Assembly (NCBI GenBank): GCA_964417925.1
Contig: CAYQJV010000003.1
Span: 13,941 to 77,940 of the forward strand
Direction of reading: 5' to 3'
Source: an uncultured bacterium
GTDB lineage: Bacteria > Hydrothermota > Tepidihabitantia > B3-TA06 > CAYQJV01
Length of the DNA: 64,000 bases
How positions within the stretch are numbered: position 1 is the stretch's first letter; each line of letters starts with the position of its first letter. Under the pieces are notes generated by a model. That model saw only the letters and a program-made list of their open reading frames with translations, did no database searches and had not been told where the DNA came from. The position numbers and the translations under genes are program-made. Shown piece by piece: positions 9,275 to 18,702 of this stretch.

Positions 9275-10110
9275 TGTATAAATTTATTCCCCTTTTTGCT
9301 CTTTTATCAAGAATTTTAAGAAGAAAAGTAGGAGATTTTATTGTAAAGGCAATAGGAGTTATAGCTTGGCTTTTTTGTCCGAGAATGCGCAATGTAGTGA
9401 TAAAAAATCTATCCTATATAACAGATAAAGAGGTCAAAAAGAAGTCCTTTAAAGTTATCATAAACTATTTTACTGTGTTAAAAGATTTTTTTGATGTATG
9501 GTGGAGAAAACCAGAGGATATAATAAAGGATGTAGAAACACATGGAGAGGAAAACCTGTGGAGAGCTGTTAAAGAGAACAATGGAGCAGTAATAGTTACC
9601 TATCATATGGGGAATTACGAACTTTCTGCAATATACCTTACTTTGAGAGGTTTTCCTATAACCTCAGTTGTGGAGAAAGTTTCTTCTCCTGTTCATTATA
9701 CGATGTACAATAAACTAAGAACAAAGTTTGGTACAGAGCTTATAAGTACCGCTGAAACTGCAAGGATAGTGAATGCTGTGAAAAGGAAAAGAGTTCTTGC
9801 CCTAATCGCAGATAGAGATATAACAGGAACAGGGATTGTGGTAAACTTTTTTAAGGGAAAGAGAAAATTTCCTATCGGACCTGCATATCTTTCATTAAGA
9901 TTCAACATTCCTGTAATCACAGGATACTTTGTATTGGGAGGTAAAAAAAGATACATAGGATTCATAGACAAAAAAATTGAGTTTAAGCCCTCTGGAAATT
10001 TTAAAAAGGATGTAAAAAGATTGACTTTACTCATTGAGAAAAAAATGAACGGTTATCTTGAAAAGTTCCCTGAGCAGTGGTTTGTTTTTCAGGATGAATG
10101 GATGAACTGA
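9274..10110 (+). CDS. Lipid A biosynthesis acyltransferase, LpxL/HtrB family
   Basis: HX4-acidic acyltransferase motif YHMGNYE, and the overall LpxL-like length and architecture. This implies an LPS-containing outer membrane. Confidence 0.65.
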   Translation: MYKFIPLFALLSRILRRKVGDFIVKAIGVIAWLFCPRMRNVVIKNLSYITDKEVKKKSFKVIINYFTVLKDFFDVWWRKPEDIIKDVETHGEENLWRAVKENNGAVIVTYHMGNYELSAIYLTLRGFPITSVVEKVSSPVHYTMYNKLRTKFGTELISTAETARIVNAVKRKRVLALIADRDITGTGIVVNFFKGKRKFPIGPAYLSLRFNIPVITGYFVLGGKKRYIGFIDKKIEFKPSGNFKKDVKRLTLLIEKKMNGYLEKFPEQWFVFQDEWMN

Positions 10111-12953
10111 ATAAAAAAGGGATATTTTCTCTCTTCTACTTATGTGTTAAAGATAAACTTAAAAAAATTACTCCCTTTAAAAACACAATAAAAGTAAGGG
10201 ACTGTCCCAATAGTTCCTTTTCCTTTTTTCTCTTAGCGGTTGAAAAATATCTTTCCTCTCCTGTGGTGTATTGTGGTAAGGAGGATGAGATAATCCTTAT
10301 AGGAGAAGACCTAAGAGATATAGCCAGGGAAGTTTTTGTAGTGGGGGAGAGGGGTAAACTTTCGATGGTCTCCTGGTTCATTACCAGAAATAAAGGTATA
10401 CTTCTCTTAAACGAGGAACTGCTTGATGAGGGGATAAAGGTTGAAAAGCAAGGAGAGATATACTTGGAACCAGGAGTTAAAATGGAATTTGATTTTTTAA
10501 TTCAATGGCTTTCAGAACATGGATACGAAAATGAAGATATTGTAACAGAGGAAAGAGAGTTTGCAGTAAGAGGTGGAATAGTAGATGTTTATCCTCCTTT
10601 ATATAAAGCTCCTCTGAGGATTGAATTTGAAGGGGATGTTGTATCTTCCATAAGAAGTTTTGACCCTGTTACTCAGAGGTCTTGTAAAAAAGAAAATTTT
10701 GCAGAAATTCCTGTTGTATGTGTAGAGAAGGGAGATAGAACTGTGAAGGAATATCTTGAAGATTTTATAAAAATAAAAAAAGCAGATGAGGGGGTTTCGC
10801 TTGAACTTTACAATCCAGGTGTATTTATGGGAGATTTTGAAGCTATTGGGAAGTTTGCAGAAAAGAATAACCTATCCCTTTACTTTGTGGTTTCAGCAGA
10901 GGGGGCATCAACATACATAAAGAAAAAAATACCATCAGCAAAGGTAGTTGAGGAATTTTTATCCGGTGGTTTTGTGGATTATATCCATAAATATGCGGTG
11001 ATAACGGAAAAAGAACTCTTTGGGAGAACCAAGAAAAAAATACCAAAGGAGTTTAAAGGTTTAACTAAGGATGCACTTTACATGTTAAGGGAGGGGGATT
11101 ATGTGGTGCATATAGACTATGGGATAGGGATTTTCAAAGGAATAAAAAGAATAGATGGGAAAAAAGACTTCATTGAAATTCACTATGCTGAGGAGGATAA
11201 ACTGTTCGTTCCTGTTGAGCATATAGGGTTTATAGATAAATACATAGGGGCTACAGATAAACCTCCCAAACTTACAAGACTTGGTACCACATCCTGGATA
11301 AACACAAAACAAAGGATAAGGAAAAAGATATGGGAGTATGCTGAGAATCTTTTAAAATTATATGCAAAAAGAAAAATTGTAAAAGGACATGCTTTTGGGG
11401 AGCACAAAGAAGAGGCTGAATTTCTTTCCCTTTCCTTCCCTTATGAAGAGACGGCAGATCAACTTAAGGCAATAAAGGATGTAGAAAAAGATATGGAAAA
11501 GGAAAACCCAATGGAAAGAATAGTATGTGGGGACGTAGGGTATGGAAAAACAGAGGTGGCGGTGAGGGCATCTGCAAAAGCAGTGCTTGATGGAAAGCAG
11601 GTATGCATACTGGTTCCCACAACGATTCTTGCATTGCAACATTACCGAACATTTTTATCAAGACTTGCACCATTTCCATTTCGGATAGAGATGCTTTCAA
11701 GAATGGTGCCATCTAAGAAGAGGAGGGAAGTAATTTCAGGAATTGAGAGTGGAAAAGTAGATATTGTGATAGGGACCCATGTCCTTCTTTCTGATAAAAT
11801 AAAATTTAAAGATCTTGGGCTTTTAATAATAGATGAAGAGCATAGATTTGGAGTGAGACAGAAAGAAAGGATTAAGGAGTTAAAAGAAGATATAGATGTA
11901 CTTTATCTCACAGCAACCCCAATTCCAAGAACCCTCTACATGGCTCTCTCAGGGTTGAGAGATATTTCAATCATAACAACCCCTCCCCCTGGAAGAAAAG
12001 ATGTATACACCGAGATTACTTCATGGAATGAAGAGATAATAAAAGAATGGGTTTACAGAGAAAAGGCAAGAGGAGGGCTTGTGTTGTTTATACACAACCG
12101 AATAGAAACATTGCCTCGGGTTAAAAAAAGGCTTGAACAGATCCTTCCAGGAATAAAAATAAGAACTGCCCATGGTAGAATGCCTGAAAACGAACTTGCA
12201 GCAGTTTATGATGACTTCTGCAAAAAGAAGTTTGATATGCTTCTCTCTACTGCAATTGTGGAAGCAGGGATTGATATTCCTGATCTCAATACAATAATTG
12301 TTGATAGGGCTGATACTTTTGGTATCGCGGATCTACATCAGTTAAGAGGGAGAGTTGGAAGAGGTAACAAAAAAGCCTATGCCCTGTTTATAGTTCCCAA
12401 AAGATTAACCGAAGAGGCAAGGAAAAGGATAGCGACAATAAAGATATACTCCTATCTTGGTTCGGGTTTTCAGATTGCTTTAAGAGATATGGAGATAAGA
12501 GGAGCAGGAAACATTCTTGGAACAGAGCAGCACGGACATATTCAACAGATAGGTCTTTCTCTCTATATGAAATTGCTGGAAGAAGCAGTAAAAATACTCA
12601 AGGGAGAAGAGATAAAGAAAGAACCACGACTTGATATAGGGATAAAGGCATTTATTCCTGAATCCTATGTCAAAAGTTCAGAAGATAGAATATCTCTTTA
12701 CAAAAGGATGCTTTCTCTTGAGACACACAACGAAGTAGATGAAATAGAGGAAGAACTCAAGGATAGGTTTGGTCCAATACCTGAAGAGGTGAAGAATATC
12801 TTAAAAATAGCAAGGTTAAAGATAGAGGCTAAGAAAAAAGGGATAGAAAAAATTTATTTTAAGAATAACAGAATAAAAATCTTTACCCCCAAAAAAGTGA
12901 TAGAAAAGGAAGGAAGTTTTGAATCTCTATTATCTCTTGTAAAGAACTTATAG
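10098..12953 (+). CDS. mfd: Transcription-repair coupling factor
   Basis: Superfamily-2 helicase motifs GDVGYGKTEVA, IIDEEHRFGV, LSTAIVEAGIDIP, QLRGRVGR, and the C-terminal Mfd TRG/D7 region. It is a short form (951 aa), as also seen in other thermophile-like taxa. Confidence 0.85.
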   Translation: MDELNKKGIFSLFYLCVKDKLKKITPFKNTIKVRDCPNSSFSFFLLAVEKYLSSPVVYCGKEDEIILIGEDLRDIAREVFVVGERGKLSMVSWFITRNKGILLLNEELLDEGIKVEKQGEIYLEPGVKMEFDFLIQWLSEHGYENEDIVTEEREFAVRGGIVDVYPPLYKAPLRIEFEGDVVSSIRSFDPVTQRSCKKENFAEIPVVCVEKGDRTVKEYLEDFIKIKKADEGVSLELYNPGVFMGDFEAIGKFAEKNNLSLYFVVSAEGASTYIKKKIPSAKVVEEFLSGGFVDYIHKYAVITEKELFGRTKKKIPKEFKGLTKDALYMLREGDYVVHIDYGIGIFKGIKRIDGKKDFIEIHYAEEDKLFVPVEHIGFIDKYIGATDKPPKLTRLGTTSWINTKQRIRKKIWEYAENLLKLYAKRKIVKGHAFGEHKEEAEFLSLSFPYEETADQLKAIKDVEKDMEKENPMERIVCGDVGYGKTEVAVRASAKAVLDGKQVCILVPTTILALQHYRTFLSRLAPFPFRIEMLSRMVPSKKRREVISGIESGKVDIVIGTHVLLSDKIKFKDLGLLIIDEEHRFGVRQKERIKELKEDIDVLYLTATPIPRTLYMALSGLRDISIITTPPPGRKDVYTEITSWNEEIIKEWVYREKARGGLVLFIHNRIETLPRVKKRLEQILPGIKIRTAHGRMPENELAAVYDDFCKKKFDMLLSTAIVEAGIDIPDLNTIIVDRADTFGIADLHQLRGRVGRGNKKAYALFIVPKRLTEEARKRIATIKIYSYLGSGFQIALRDMEIRGAGNILGTEQHGHIQQIGLSLYMKLLEEAVKILKGEEIKKEPRLDIGIKAFIPESYVKSSEDRISLYKRMLSLETHNEVDEIEEELKDRFGPIPEEVKNILKIARLKIEAKKKGIEKIYFKNNRIKIFTPKKVIEKEGSFESLLSLVKNL

Positions 12954-12960
12954 GGTGCTT

Positions 12961-14223
12961 TTAAAAAATATATTTTCTGGGGTCTGTTATCCTTCCTTCA
13001 ATGCATGATGCTGCAACTGTTGCAGGAGAGGCAAGGAATATCTCTGCTTCCTTTGCTCCCATTCTTCCTTTGAAATTTCTATTGGATGTGGAAATCACAA
13101 CCTCTTCCTCTGCGAGAACCCCTTGATGGGCTCCAAGACATGGACCACAACCAGGATTTAAGATAATAGCTCCTGCATCAACCAAGGTTTTTAAAATTCC
13201 TTGCTCCATCGCATCTTTGTACACCTCCCAAGATGCAGGTAGGATCAAAAGTCTAACATCAGAGTGAACCTTCTTGCCCTTAAGAATCTCTGCAGCAACC
13301 TTCAGGTCCTCAAGTCTTCCATTTGTGCATGTGCCTATAAGGCCTTGATTTATCTTTTTCCCTTCCCATTCCTTTACTGGATACACATTATCCACAGTAT
13401 GGGGTACAGCAATTTGAGGTTCTAAGGATGATATATCAAACTCATATATATTTTCATACCTTGCATCAGGATCCGGGAGGATTATTTCATAATCCTTTTG
13501 TGCTCTGTGTTTTATCCATTCAATGGTCTTTTCATCCGGTGCAATAAATGCATTCTTTGCTCCCATTTCTGCTGCCATGTTGGAAAGGACCATTCTGGAA
13601 GAGATAGAAAACTCCTTCACTACATTTCCTGAAAACTCCACTGACTTATATGTTGCTCCATCTGATTTTAACCTCCCTATGATATGGAGTATAACATCCT
13701 TTGCATAAACTCCAGAAGGTAATTTACCCTTTATCTCTATCTTTATACTTTCAGGAACTCTGAGCCATATCTCATCAATTGCCCAGAGTGCTGCAACTTC
13801 ACTCCTTCCTATCCCTGCTGAAAATGCACCAAATGCTCCATAGGTGGTTGTATGAGAATCTGCTCCAAGGATCACAAGTCCAGGGAGTGCAAATCCTTTT
13901 TCAGATAGTACCTGATGGCATATTCCTCCTTGGCTATTTATGTCATAAAAGTTTTTTATACCGTTTTTCTTAACAAATTCTCTTATAATCTTGTGATTTC
14001 TTGCATAATCAATGGATGCAGGAGGAACTACATGGTCAAGCACAATAACAACCTTTGAAGGATCTTTAACCTTTTCTCCCCCCATCTTTGAAAATGTTAG
14101 AGAAATTGATGCAGTGTTGTCATGTGACATCACAAAATCAGGTGATATGTAAACAATATCACCTGATTTTACATCCTTTCCTGCCTTTTTTGAAAGTATC
14201 TTTTCTGCAAAAGTTTTGCCCAT
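12961..14223 (-). CDS. Aconitase-family dehydratase large subunit, LeuC/HACN (archaeal short) type
   Basis: MGKTFAEKIL N-terminus. Motifs GICHQV, GADSHTTT, GTCTNGR, GCGPCLG, SNRNFKGR. There is no LeuD-like small-subunit gene adjacent. Confidence 0.75.
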   Translation of the reverse strand: MGKTFAEKILSKKAGKDVKSGDIVYISPDFVMSHDNTASISLTFSKMGGEKVKDPSKVVIVLDHVVPPASIDYARNHKIIREFVKKNGIKNFYDINSQGGICHQVLSEKGFALPGLVILGADSHTTTYGAFGAFSAGIGRSEVAALWAIDEIWLRVPESIKIEIKGKLPSGVYAKDVILHIIGRLKSDGATYKSVEFSGNVVKEFSISSRMVLSNMAAEMGAKNAFIAPDEKTIEWIKHRAQKDYEIILPDPDARYENIYEFDISSLEPQIAVPHTVDNVYPVKEWEGKKINQGLIGTCTNGRLEDLKVAAEILKGKKVHSDVRLLILPASWEVYKDAMEQGILKTLVDAGAIILNPGCGPCLGAHQGVLAEEEVVISTSNRNFKGRMGAKEAEIFLASPATVAASCIEGRITDPRKYIF

Positions 14224-14225
14224 TT

Positions 14226-14804
14226 TTACCCCCTGAAAGGTTCAAAGTTGACAAAATCAGCATGATGAACTATTATTGCTTCAATTGTTCTTTTAACAAA
14301 CTCTCCTTCTTTTGAATGAGAAGATATAATGTGAATAACCTGAGCAGGAAGCCCTACCTTATAGGCTATTCCAGCTCCTGAGATGGGATGTCTTATCATC
14401 TCCCCGTTTTTGCTTTTTTTATAACTGTGTTCGTTCTTTTCGTATTCAAGTAATTTCCCTACATCATGTAATAAAGCTCCTGCGATAAGGTAGTCTCTGT
14501 TGATTTTTACTTTATCTTTATACATTTCTTCCAATACCTCTGCTATCTTTAATGCAGTCTTGGTAACAGCCTTTGTATGTTCTATCAAGCTGAAAGGAGC
14601 AGGTTTTATAAGAAGGGTAAATGGAATCTTTTCAAGCTCATCAGGGGTAAAACATGATTCCTCTATTGCGATCTTCCAGCATTCTATTACTTTTTCTTTT
14701 AACTCATTATCCTTTATTTCTTCTATCTCTGGGAAAAGAGATTTTATTCTTTCCTTTAATTTATTCATCATGTAGTTCTCCTGTGTATTTACAAGTTGTT
14801 GCAT
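14226..14804 (-). CDS. HD-domain phosphohydrolase
   Basis: HD motif AGALLHDVGK and a downstream HHADF. The annotated start overlaps the upstream gene, so the real start is probably an internal Met. Confidence 0.65.
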   Translation of the reverse strand: MQQLVNTQENYMMNKLKERIKSLFPEIEEIKDNELKEKVIECWKIAIEESCFTPDELEKIPFTLLIKPAPFSLIEHTKAVTKTALKIAEVLEEMYKDKVKINRDYLIAGALLHDVGKLLEYEKNEHSYKKSKNGEMIRHPISGAGIAYKVGLPAQVIHIISSHSKEGEFVKRTIEAIIVHHADFVNFEPFRG

Positions 14805-15534
14805 CTATCTTTCTCATGGGTTTTTGAGTTGTCTGTTCTTCATAAATATGAGCAACGAGTCCTGGAGTTCTTGCCATGATAAAAAATGCGTTACCTATTT
14901 CAGGTGGAAATCCAAGCTCACACAAAAGTGCTGCAATTGCTCCATCAACATTTACAGGAAGTTCCTTTCCTTTTAATTTTTTTATTGCATTCTTTATCAA
15001 CAGAGCTATTTTCACATAATCTCCGTAAAATCCCTGTTCTTCTGCAATTTTAAATAGTTTTTGGGTTCTGGGATCGTTGGTATGGTATCTATGTCCAAAA
15101 CCAAAAAGTTTTTCTTTTTTTTCAAGTTTTTCTTTTACGTACTCTTCTGTGGACTGCTCAAGAGATTTCTGTTCCTGTTGGCTCTTTCTTTTTATATCAA
15201 GATAATGTTTCATTGCACCTTCAATTGCTCCTCCATGATAGTTGTAGATTGCAAGTATTCCAGCAGCAAGCGAGGAATGCAGAGGGTTGCCTGTAGATGC
15301 AACGGTCCTTGCTGTAATGGTTGATGGAGGAGTAACTCCATGGTCAATTGAGGATAAGAGGATTGCATCAAGAATTTTCCGAATTCTTTCATCAGGAAGC
15401 TTACCAGTAAGGACAAGATATATTCCATCAACAAAACCGATTTCTCCCATTAATTTATCTATTCGGTATCCTCTAACATATATTTTATTCGGTTCAACTT
15501 TTGTGATTTTCGTTTCCCAGTAATGTTCGTTCAT
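14761..15534 (-). CDS. Short citrate-synthase-like protein (citryl-CoA lyase-like, catalytic domain only)
   Basis: Citrate synthase C-terminal domain signatures: SSIDHGVTPPSTITARTVASTGNPLHSSLAAGI, GFGHRYHTNDPR, FFIMARTPGLVAHIYEE. At 257 aa it has the length of CCL-type proteins. Confidence 0.7.
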   Translation of the reverse strand: MNEHYWETKITKVEPNKIYVRGYRIDKLMGEIGFVDGIYLVLTGKLPDERIRKILDAILLSSIDHGVTPPSTITARTVASTGNPLHSSLAAGILAIYNYHGGAIEGAMKHYLDIKRKSQQEQKSLEQSTEEYVKEKLEKKEKLFGFGHRYHTNDPRTQKLFKIAEEQGFYGDYVKIALLIKNAIKKLKGKELPVNVDGAIAALLCELGFPPEIGNAFFIMARTPGLVAHIYEEQTTQKPMRKIDATTCKYTGELHDE

Positions 15535-15543
15535 TTTCCCCCC

Positions 15544-16158
15544 TCATTTTTCAAGGACTTTTCTTATTTCAGAGAGAAGATGACTTGGACTTTTTATTGG
15601 GGATTCAATATTTTCCAAGATCTCCTCTGCAGATTTTGTCTTTATTGTTAATCCCTTTAATCTTTCATAAAGTGTATTTTTATCCACGGGAAAGTCAACT
15701 CCTTTTATTCTCCTCAGCACTTCAACACTCCAAGTAATTCCGAGACTTTCAGAAGCCTGTTGAAATGCGTGTATGAATACGGTTAAATTATCCCTTCCTT
15801 CTTTTATTTCTTTATAAGCAAGTTTTGCAAGCCCTCCTGCTGTGTGGGCTTTAATTGTTTTTTCCTGTAATTCTCCTTCTATTTTCTTCATTACAAGTTC
15901 TGGATCTGCTCTTAAGATATTCCTAACAGTCTGTCTTGTTAAACCAAGGAATTCTGCTATTTCATCTTCTGTTTTGTAGGACTCCTCAGAAAGGACAATT
16001 GCATAGGATGCCTCCATTAAACTTGTTATCCAGGTAAGATTTCGTAGTTCAATCAACTTTCTTGGTCCTCCCAGTAATTCAAGGGCTTTTAAAAAAACTC
16101 TTATTGCAGTTGCATCTACATCAAACTCCCTTATTTCTTCAGGTTTGATTACCGGCAT
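15544..16158 (-). CDS. Putative HTH-domain transcriptional regulator
   Basis: Probable helix-turn-helix DEIAEFLGLTRQTVRNILR. It is the first gene of the minus-strand CCL-like/HD/aconitase-like operon. The start is most likely the ATG at 16158 preceded by GGAGG. The ORF track extends to a GTG at 16164. Confidence 0.4.
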   Translation of the reverse strand: MPVIKPEEIREFDVDATAIRVFLKALELLGGPRKLIELRNLTWITSLMEASYAIVLSEESYKTEDEIAEFLGLTRQTVRNILRADPELVMKKIEGELQEKTIKAHTAGGLAKLAYKEIKEGRDNLTVFIHAFQQASESLGITWSVEVLRRIKGVDFPVDKNTLYERLKGLTIKTKSAEEILENIESPIKSPSHLLSEIRKVLEK

Positions 16159-16216
16159 CTTCACCTCCGTTTTTAAGTTATTATACTTTGCTGTATTCCT
16201 ATGTCAATATTCTTAT

Positions 16217-16244
16217 TTGACATAATACCTATGAGGGGTATAAT
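16217..16244 (+). promoter_or_regulatory. Consensus sigma70 promoter TTGACA-16-TATAAT for small ORF 16264
   Basis: TTGACA at 16217-16222, 16-nt spacer, TATAAT at 16239-16244. AGGAGGAGG SD at 16255-16263. The 7-bp inverted repeat ATGTCAA (16201-16207) / TTGACAT (16217-16223) overlaps the -35. Confidence 0.45.
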
Positions 16245-16263
16245 CTTAAAAATAGGAGGAGGT

Positions 16264-16485
16264 ATGGAAAAACTCAAGAGATACGGATGGGTGTTTGTGG
16301 TAGTTATGTTGGGAGTTGCAGGTGGTTATGCAATAGCCAGAGCAGAATGGGATTCTTCGGGTTCCTCTTCCTCTGACAGTTATACCCTTAAAAGAATAGA
16401 GAATCATCTTGAAAATATATCTGAAGAATTGAAAGAACTTAACCGTATTCTCAGAGATATAAAAGATGAGATTAACAATAGATAA
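16264..16485 (+). CDS. Small single-pass membrane protein with C-terminal coiled coil (FtsB/DivIC-like architecture)
   Basis: MEKLKRYGWVFVVVMLGVAGGYAIA (TM), a Ser-rich linker, then the heptad-like RIENHLENISEELKELNRILRDIKDEINNR. It has a strong SD and a perfect promoter. The ORF track starts at an upstream in-frame codon, 16201. Confidence 0.45.
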   Translation: MEKLKRYGWVFVVVMLGVAGGYAIARAEWDSSGSSSSDSYTLKRIENHLENISEELKELNRILRDIKDEINNR

Positions 16486-16504
16486 GTTTTCAAATATAGA
16501 AAAA

Positions 16505-16532
16505 TTGACTTAACAATATAAAGGCATATAAT
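16505..16532 (+). promoter_or_regulatory. Sigma70-like promoter TTGACT-16-TATAAT upstream of nrdJ (with SD AGGAGG at 16545-16550)
   Basis: TTGACT at 16505-16510, TATAAT at 16527-16532. The ATG is at 16562. Confidence 0.45.
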
Positions 16533-16561
16533 ATTTTATTCAGAAAGGAGGAATAAAAGGA

Positions 16562-18697
16562 ATGAAACACCCTGCAAAAATTAGAAAAAGAGATGGAAGG
16601 ATAGTGGATTTTGACCAAGAAAAAATAACAAATGCGATATTTAAGGCTGCAAAGGCTGTAGGTGGTTCAAATTATGAACTTGCAAGGGAACTTTCTCGTA
16701 AAGTTGTTGAAATATTGAATGAAAAATATGGTGAAGATGGTATCCCCTCTGTTGAAGAGGTTCAAGATATCGTTGAAAAGGTTTTGATTGAAGAGGGTCA
16801 TGCGAAGACTGCAAAGGCATATATTTTATACCGTAAGAAGAGGACAGAACTTAGAGAGGCAAAGCAGTTCTTTATAGGAGTTCCTGATGAACTTAAACTC
16901 TCTTTAAATGCTCTAAAGGTTCTTGAAAGGAGGTATTTGTTAAAGAATGAGAAGGGAGAAGTTATAGAGACTCCTGCTCAACTATTCAGAAGGGTTGCAA
17001 GGCACATTGCTTCTGCTGATTTGAACTACGACCCAAATGCAGATGTTAAAAAACTGGAGGATGAGTTCTATGAGATGATGGTTAACTTTGAATTTCTCCC
17101 CAACTCTCCAACTCTAATGAATGCTGGAACAGAGCTTGGTCAACTTGCTGCATGCTTTGTTATTCCTGTGGAGGACTCTCTTGAGGCTATTTTTGAAGCA
17201 GTTAAGTATGCTGCTCTTATTCATAAAACAGGAGGAGGGACAGGATTTTCCTTTTCAAGATTAAGACCAAAAAATGATGTGGTTAAAACCACAGGGGGAA
17301 TTGCTTCAGGTCCTGTATCCTTTATGAGGGTTTTTGATGTTGCAACCGATGTGATAAAACAAGGAGGGAGAAGAAGGGGAGCAAATATGGGGGTTCTGCG
17401 GGTTGACCATCCTGATATTTTAGAGTTTATAACTGCAAAGGAAAAGGAAGGGATGCTTACAAACTTCAATATATCGGTTGCTGTTACCGATGAATTTATG
17501 CATGCAGTTGAAAAGGATGAGAACTATCCTTTGAGAAATCCAAGAACAGGGGAGGTGGTGCAGAAGATAAGAGCAAGAGATGTTTTTAATCTTATTGTGA
17601 CAATGGCATGGAAAAATGGAGATCCGGGAATGATATTTATAGATAGAATAAATAGAGATAACCCTACCCCTGCTCTTGGAGAGATAGAGGCAACAAATCC
17701 ATGTGGAGAACAACCTTTACTTCCCTATGAAGCATGTAATCTTGGTTCCATAAACCTGTCAAAATTCGTAAATGGAGGAAAAATAGATTTTGAAAGGCTT
17801 GCAAAGGTTGTGCACAAGGCAGTGCACTTTCTTGATAATGTAATTGATAAAAGTAAGTATCCATTAAAAAAGATTGAAGAAATGGTAAAAGGGAACAGGA
17901 AGATAGGTCTTGGAGTAATGGGATTTGCAGATATGCTTTTAAAACTTGGGATTCCTTATGATTCTGAACAGGCACTTGAGACAGCTGAAAAGGTTATGCG
18001 TTTTATTAAAGAACAGGCAGAAAAGGCGACGATTGAACTTGCAAAAAAGAGAGGTCCTTTTCCAAACTTTGATAAAAGCGTTTACAAACAAAGAGGAGAA
18101 CCTGAGAGGAGAAATGCCACTTTAACTACCATTGCTCCGACAGGCTCTATAAGCATAATTGCCAATACCTCTTCAGGAATAGAGCCTTTGTTTGCGGTTG
18201 TGTTTATAAGAAATGTAATGGAAGGTACAGAACTATTGGAGGTAAATCCAGTTTTTGAACAGATTGCAAGAGAAAGGGGATTTTATTCTGAAAGGTTGAT
18301 GAGGGAAATAGCAAGGACAGGTTCGGTTCAGAAGATTAAAGGAGTTCCAGGTGATGTAAAAAGGATATTTGTGACGGCCCATGAGATTGCTCCTAAATGG
18401 CATGTTCTGATGCAGGCAGCGTTTCAACGCTATGTGGATAATGCAGTTTCAAAAACCGTTAATCTTCCATATCATGCTACTCCAATGGATGTAGCTGATG
18501 TGTTCTGGCTTGCTTACAGAACAGGATGTAAAGGAATAACTGTTTATAGGGATAGGAGTAAACCTACCCAGGTTCTTTATCGTGGAGAAGTGAAAAAGAA
18601 AGGTTCAGTGTATGATTCTTTTGCAGAATCCCTATCCGAGAAATATTTTTCGGTTGATTCAGAGTATGCAGGTGGATGTCCTACCTGCAGTCTTTAA
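16562..18697 (+). CDS. nrdJ: Class II (adenosylcobalamin-dependent) ribonucleotide reductase with N-terminal ATP-cone
   Basis: ATP-cone KIRKRDGRIVDFDQEKITNAI. Active-site region NPCGEQPL...EACNLGSINL. C-terminal tail ...GGCPTCSL typical of NrdJ. Confidence 0.9.
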   Translation: MKHPAKIRKRDGRIVDFDQEKITNAIFKAAKAVGGSNYELARELSRKVVEILNEKYGEDGIPSVEEVQDIVEKVLIEEGHAKTAKAYILYRKKRTELREAKQFFIGVPDELKLSLNALKVLERRYLLKNEKGEVIETPAQLFRRVARHIASADLNYDPNADVKKLEDEFYEMMVNFEFLPNSPTLMNAGTELGQLAACFVIPVEDSLEAIFEAVKYAALIHKTGGGTGFSFSRLRPKNDVVKTTGGIASGPVSFMRVFDVATDVIKQGGRRRGANMGVLRVDHPDILEFITAKEKEGMLTNFNISVAVTDEFMHAVEKDENYPLRNPRTGEVVQKIRARDVFNLIVTMAWKNGDPGMIFIDRINRDNPTPALGEIEATNPCGEQPLLPYEACNLGSINLSKFVNGGKIDFERLAKVVHKAVHFLDNVIDKSKYPLKKIEEMVKGNRKIGLGVMGFADMLLKLGIPYDSEQALETAEKVMRFIKEQAEKATIELAKKRGPFPNFDKSVYKQRGEPERRNATLTTIAPTGSISIIANTSSGIEPLFAVVFIRNVMEGTELLEVNPVFEQIARERGFYSERLMREIARTGSVQKIKGVPGDVKRIFVTAHEIAPKWHVLMQAAFQRYVDNAVSKTVNLPYHATPMDVADVFWLAYRTGCKGITVYRDRSKPTQVLYRGEVKKKGSVYDSFAESLSEKYFSVDSEYAGGCPTCSL

Positions 18698-18702
18698 AAA
18701 TA

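Noticed and set aside
10098-12953. Mfd being ~200 aa shorter than E. coli Mfd (possible N-terminal truncation)
   Set aside because: Short Mfd forms with a reduced UvrB-homology module are common in thermophilic and AT-rich lineages. All helicase and TRG motifs are intact and there is no frameshift.
16486-16561. Possible B12 riboswitch or NrdR box upstream of nrdJ
   Set aside because: The leader is only ~30 nt after a clear promoter, which is too short for a cobalamin riboswitch. No 16-bp NrdR-type palindrome is present.
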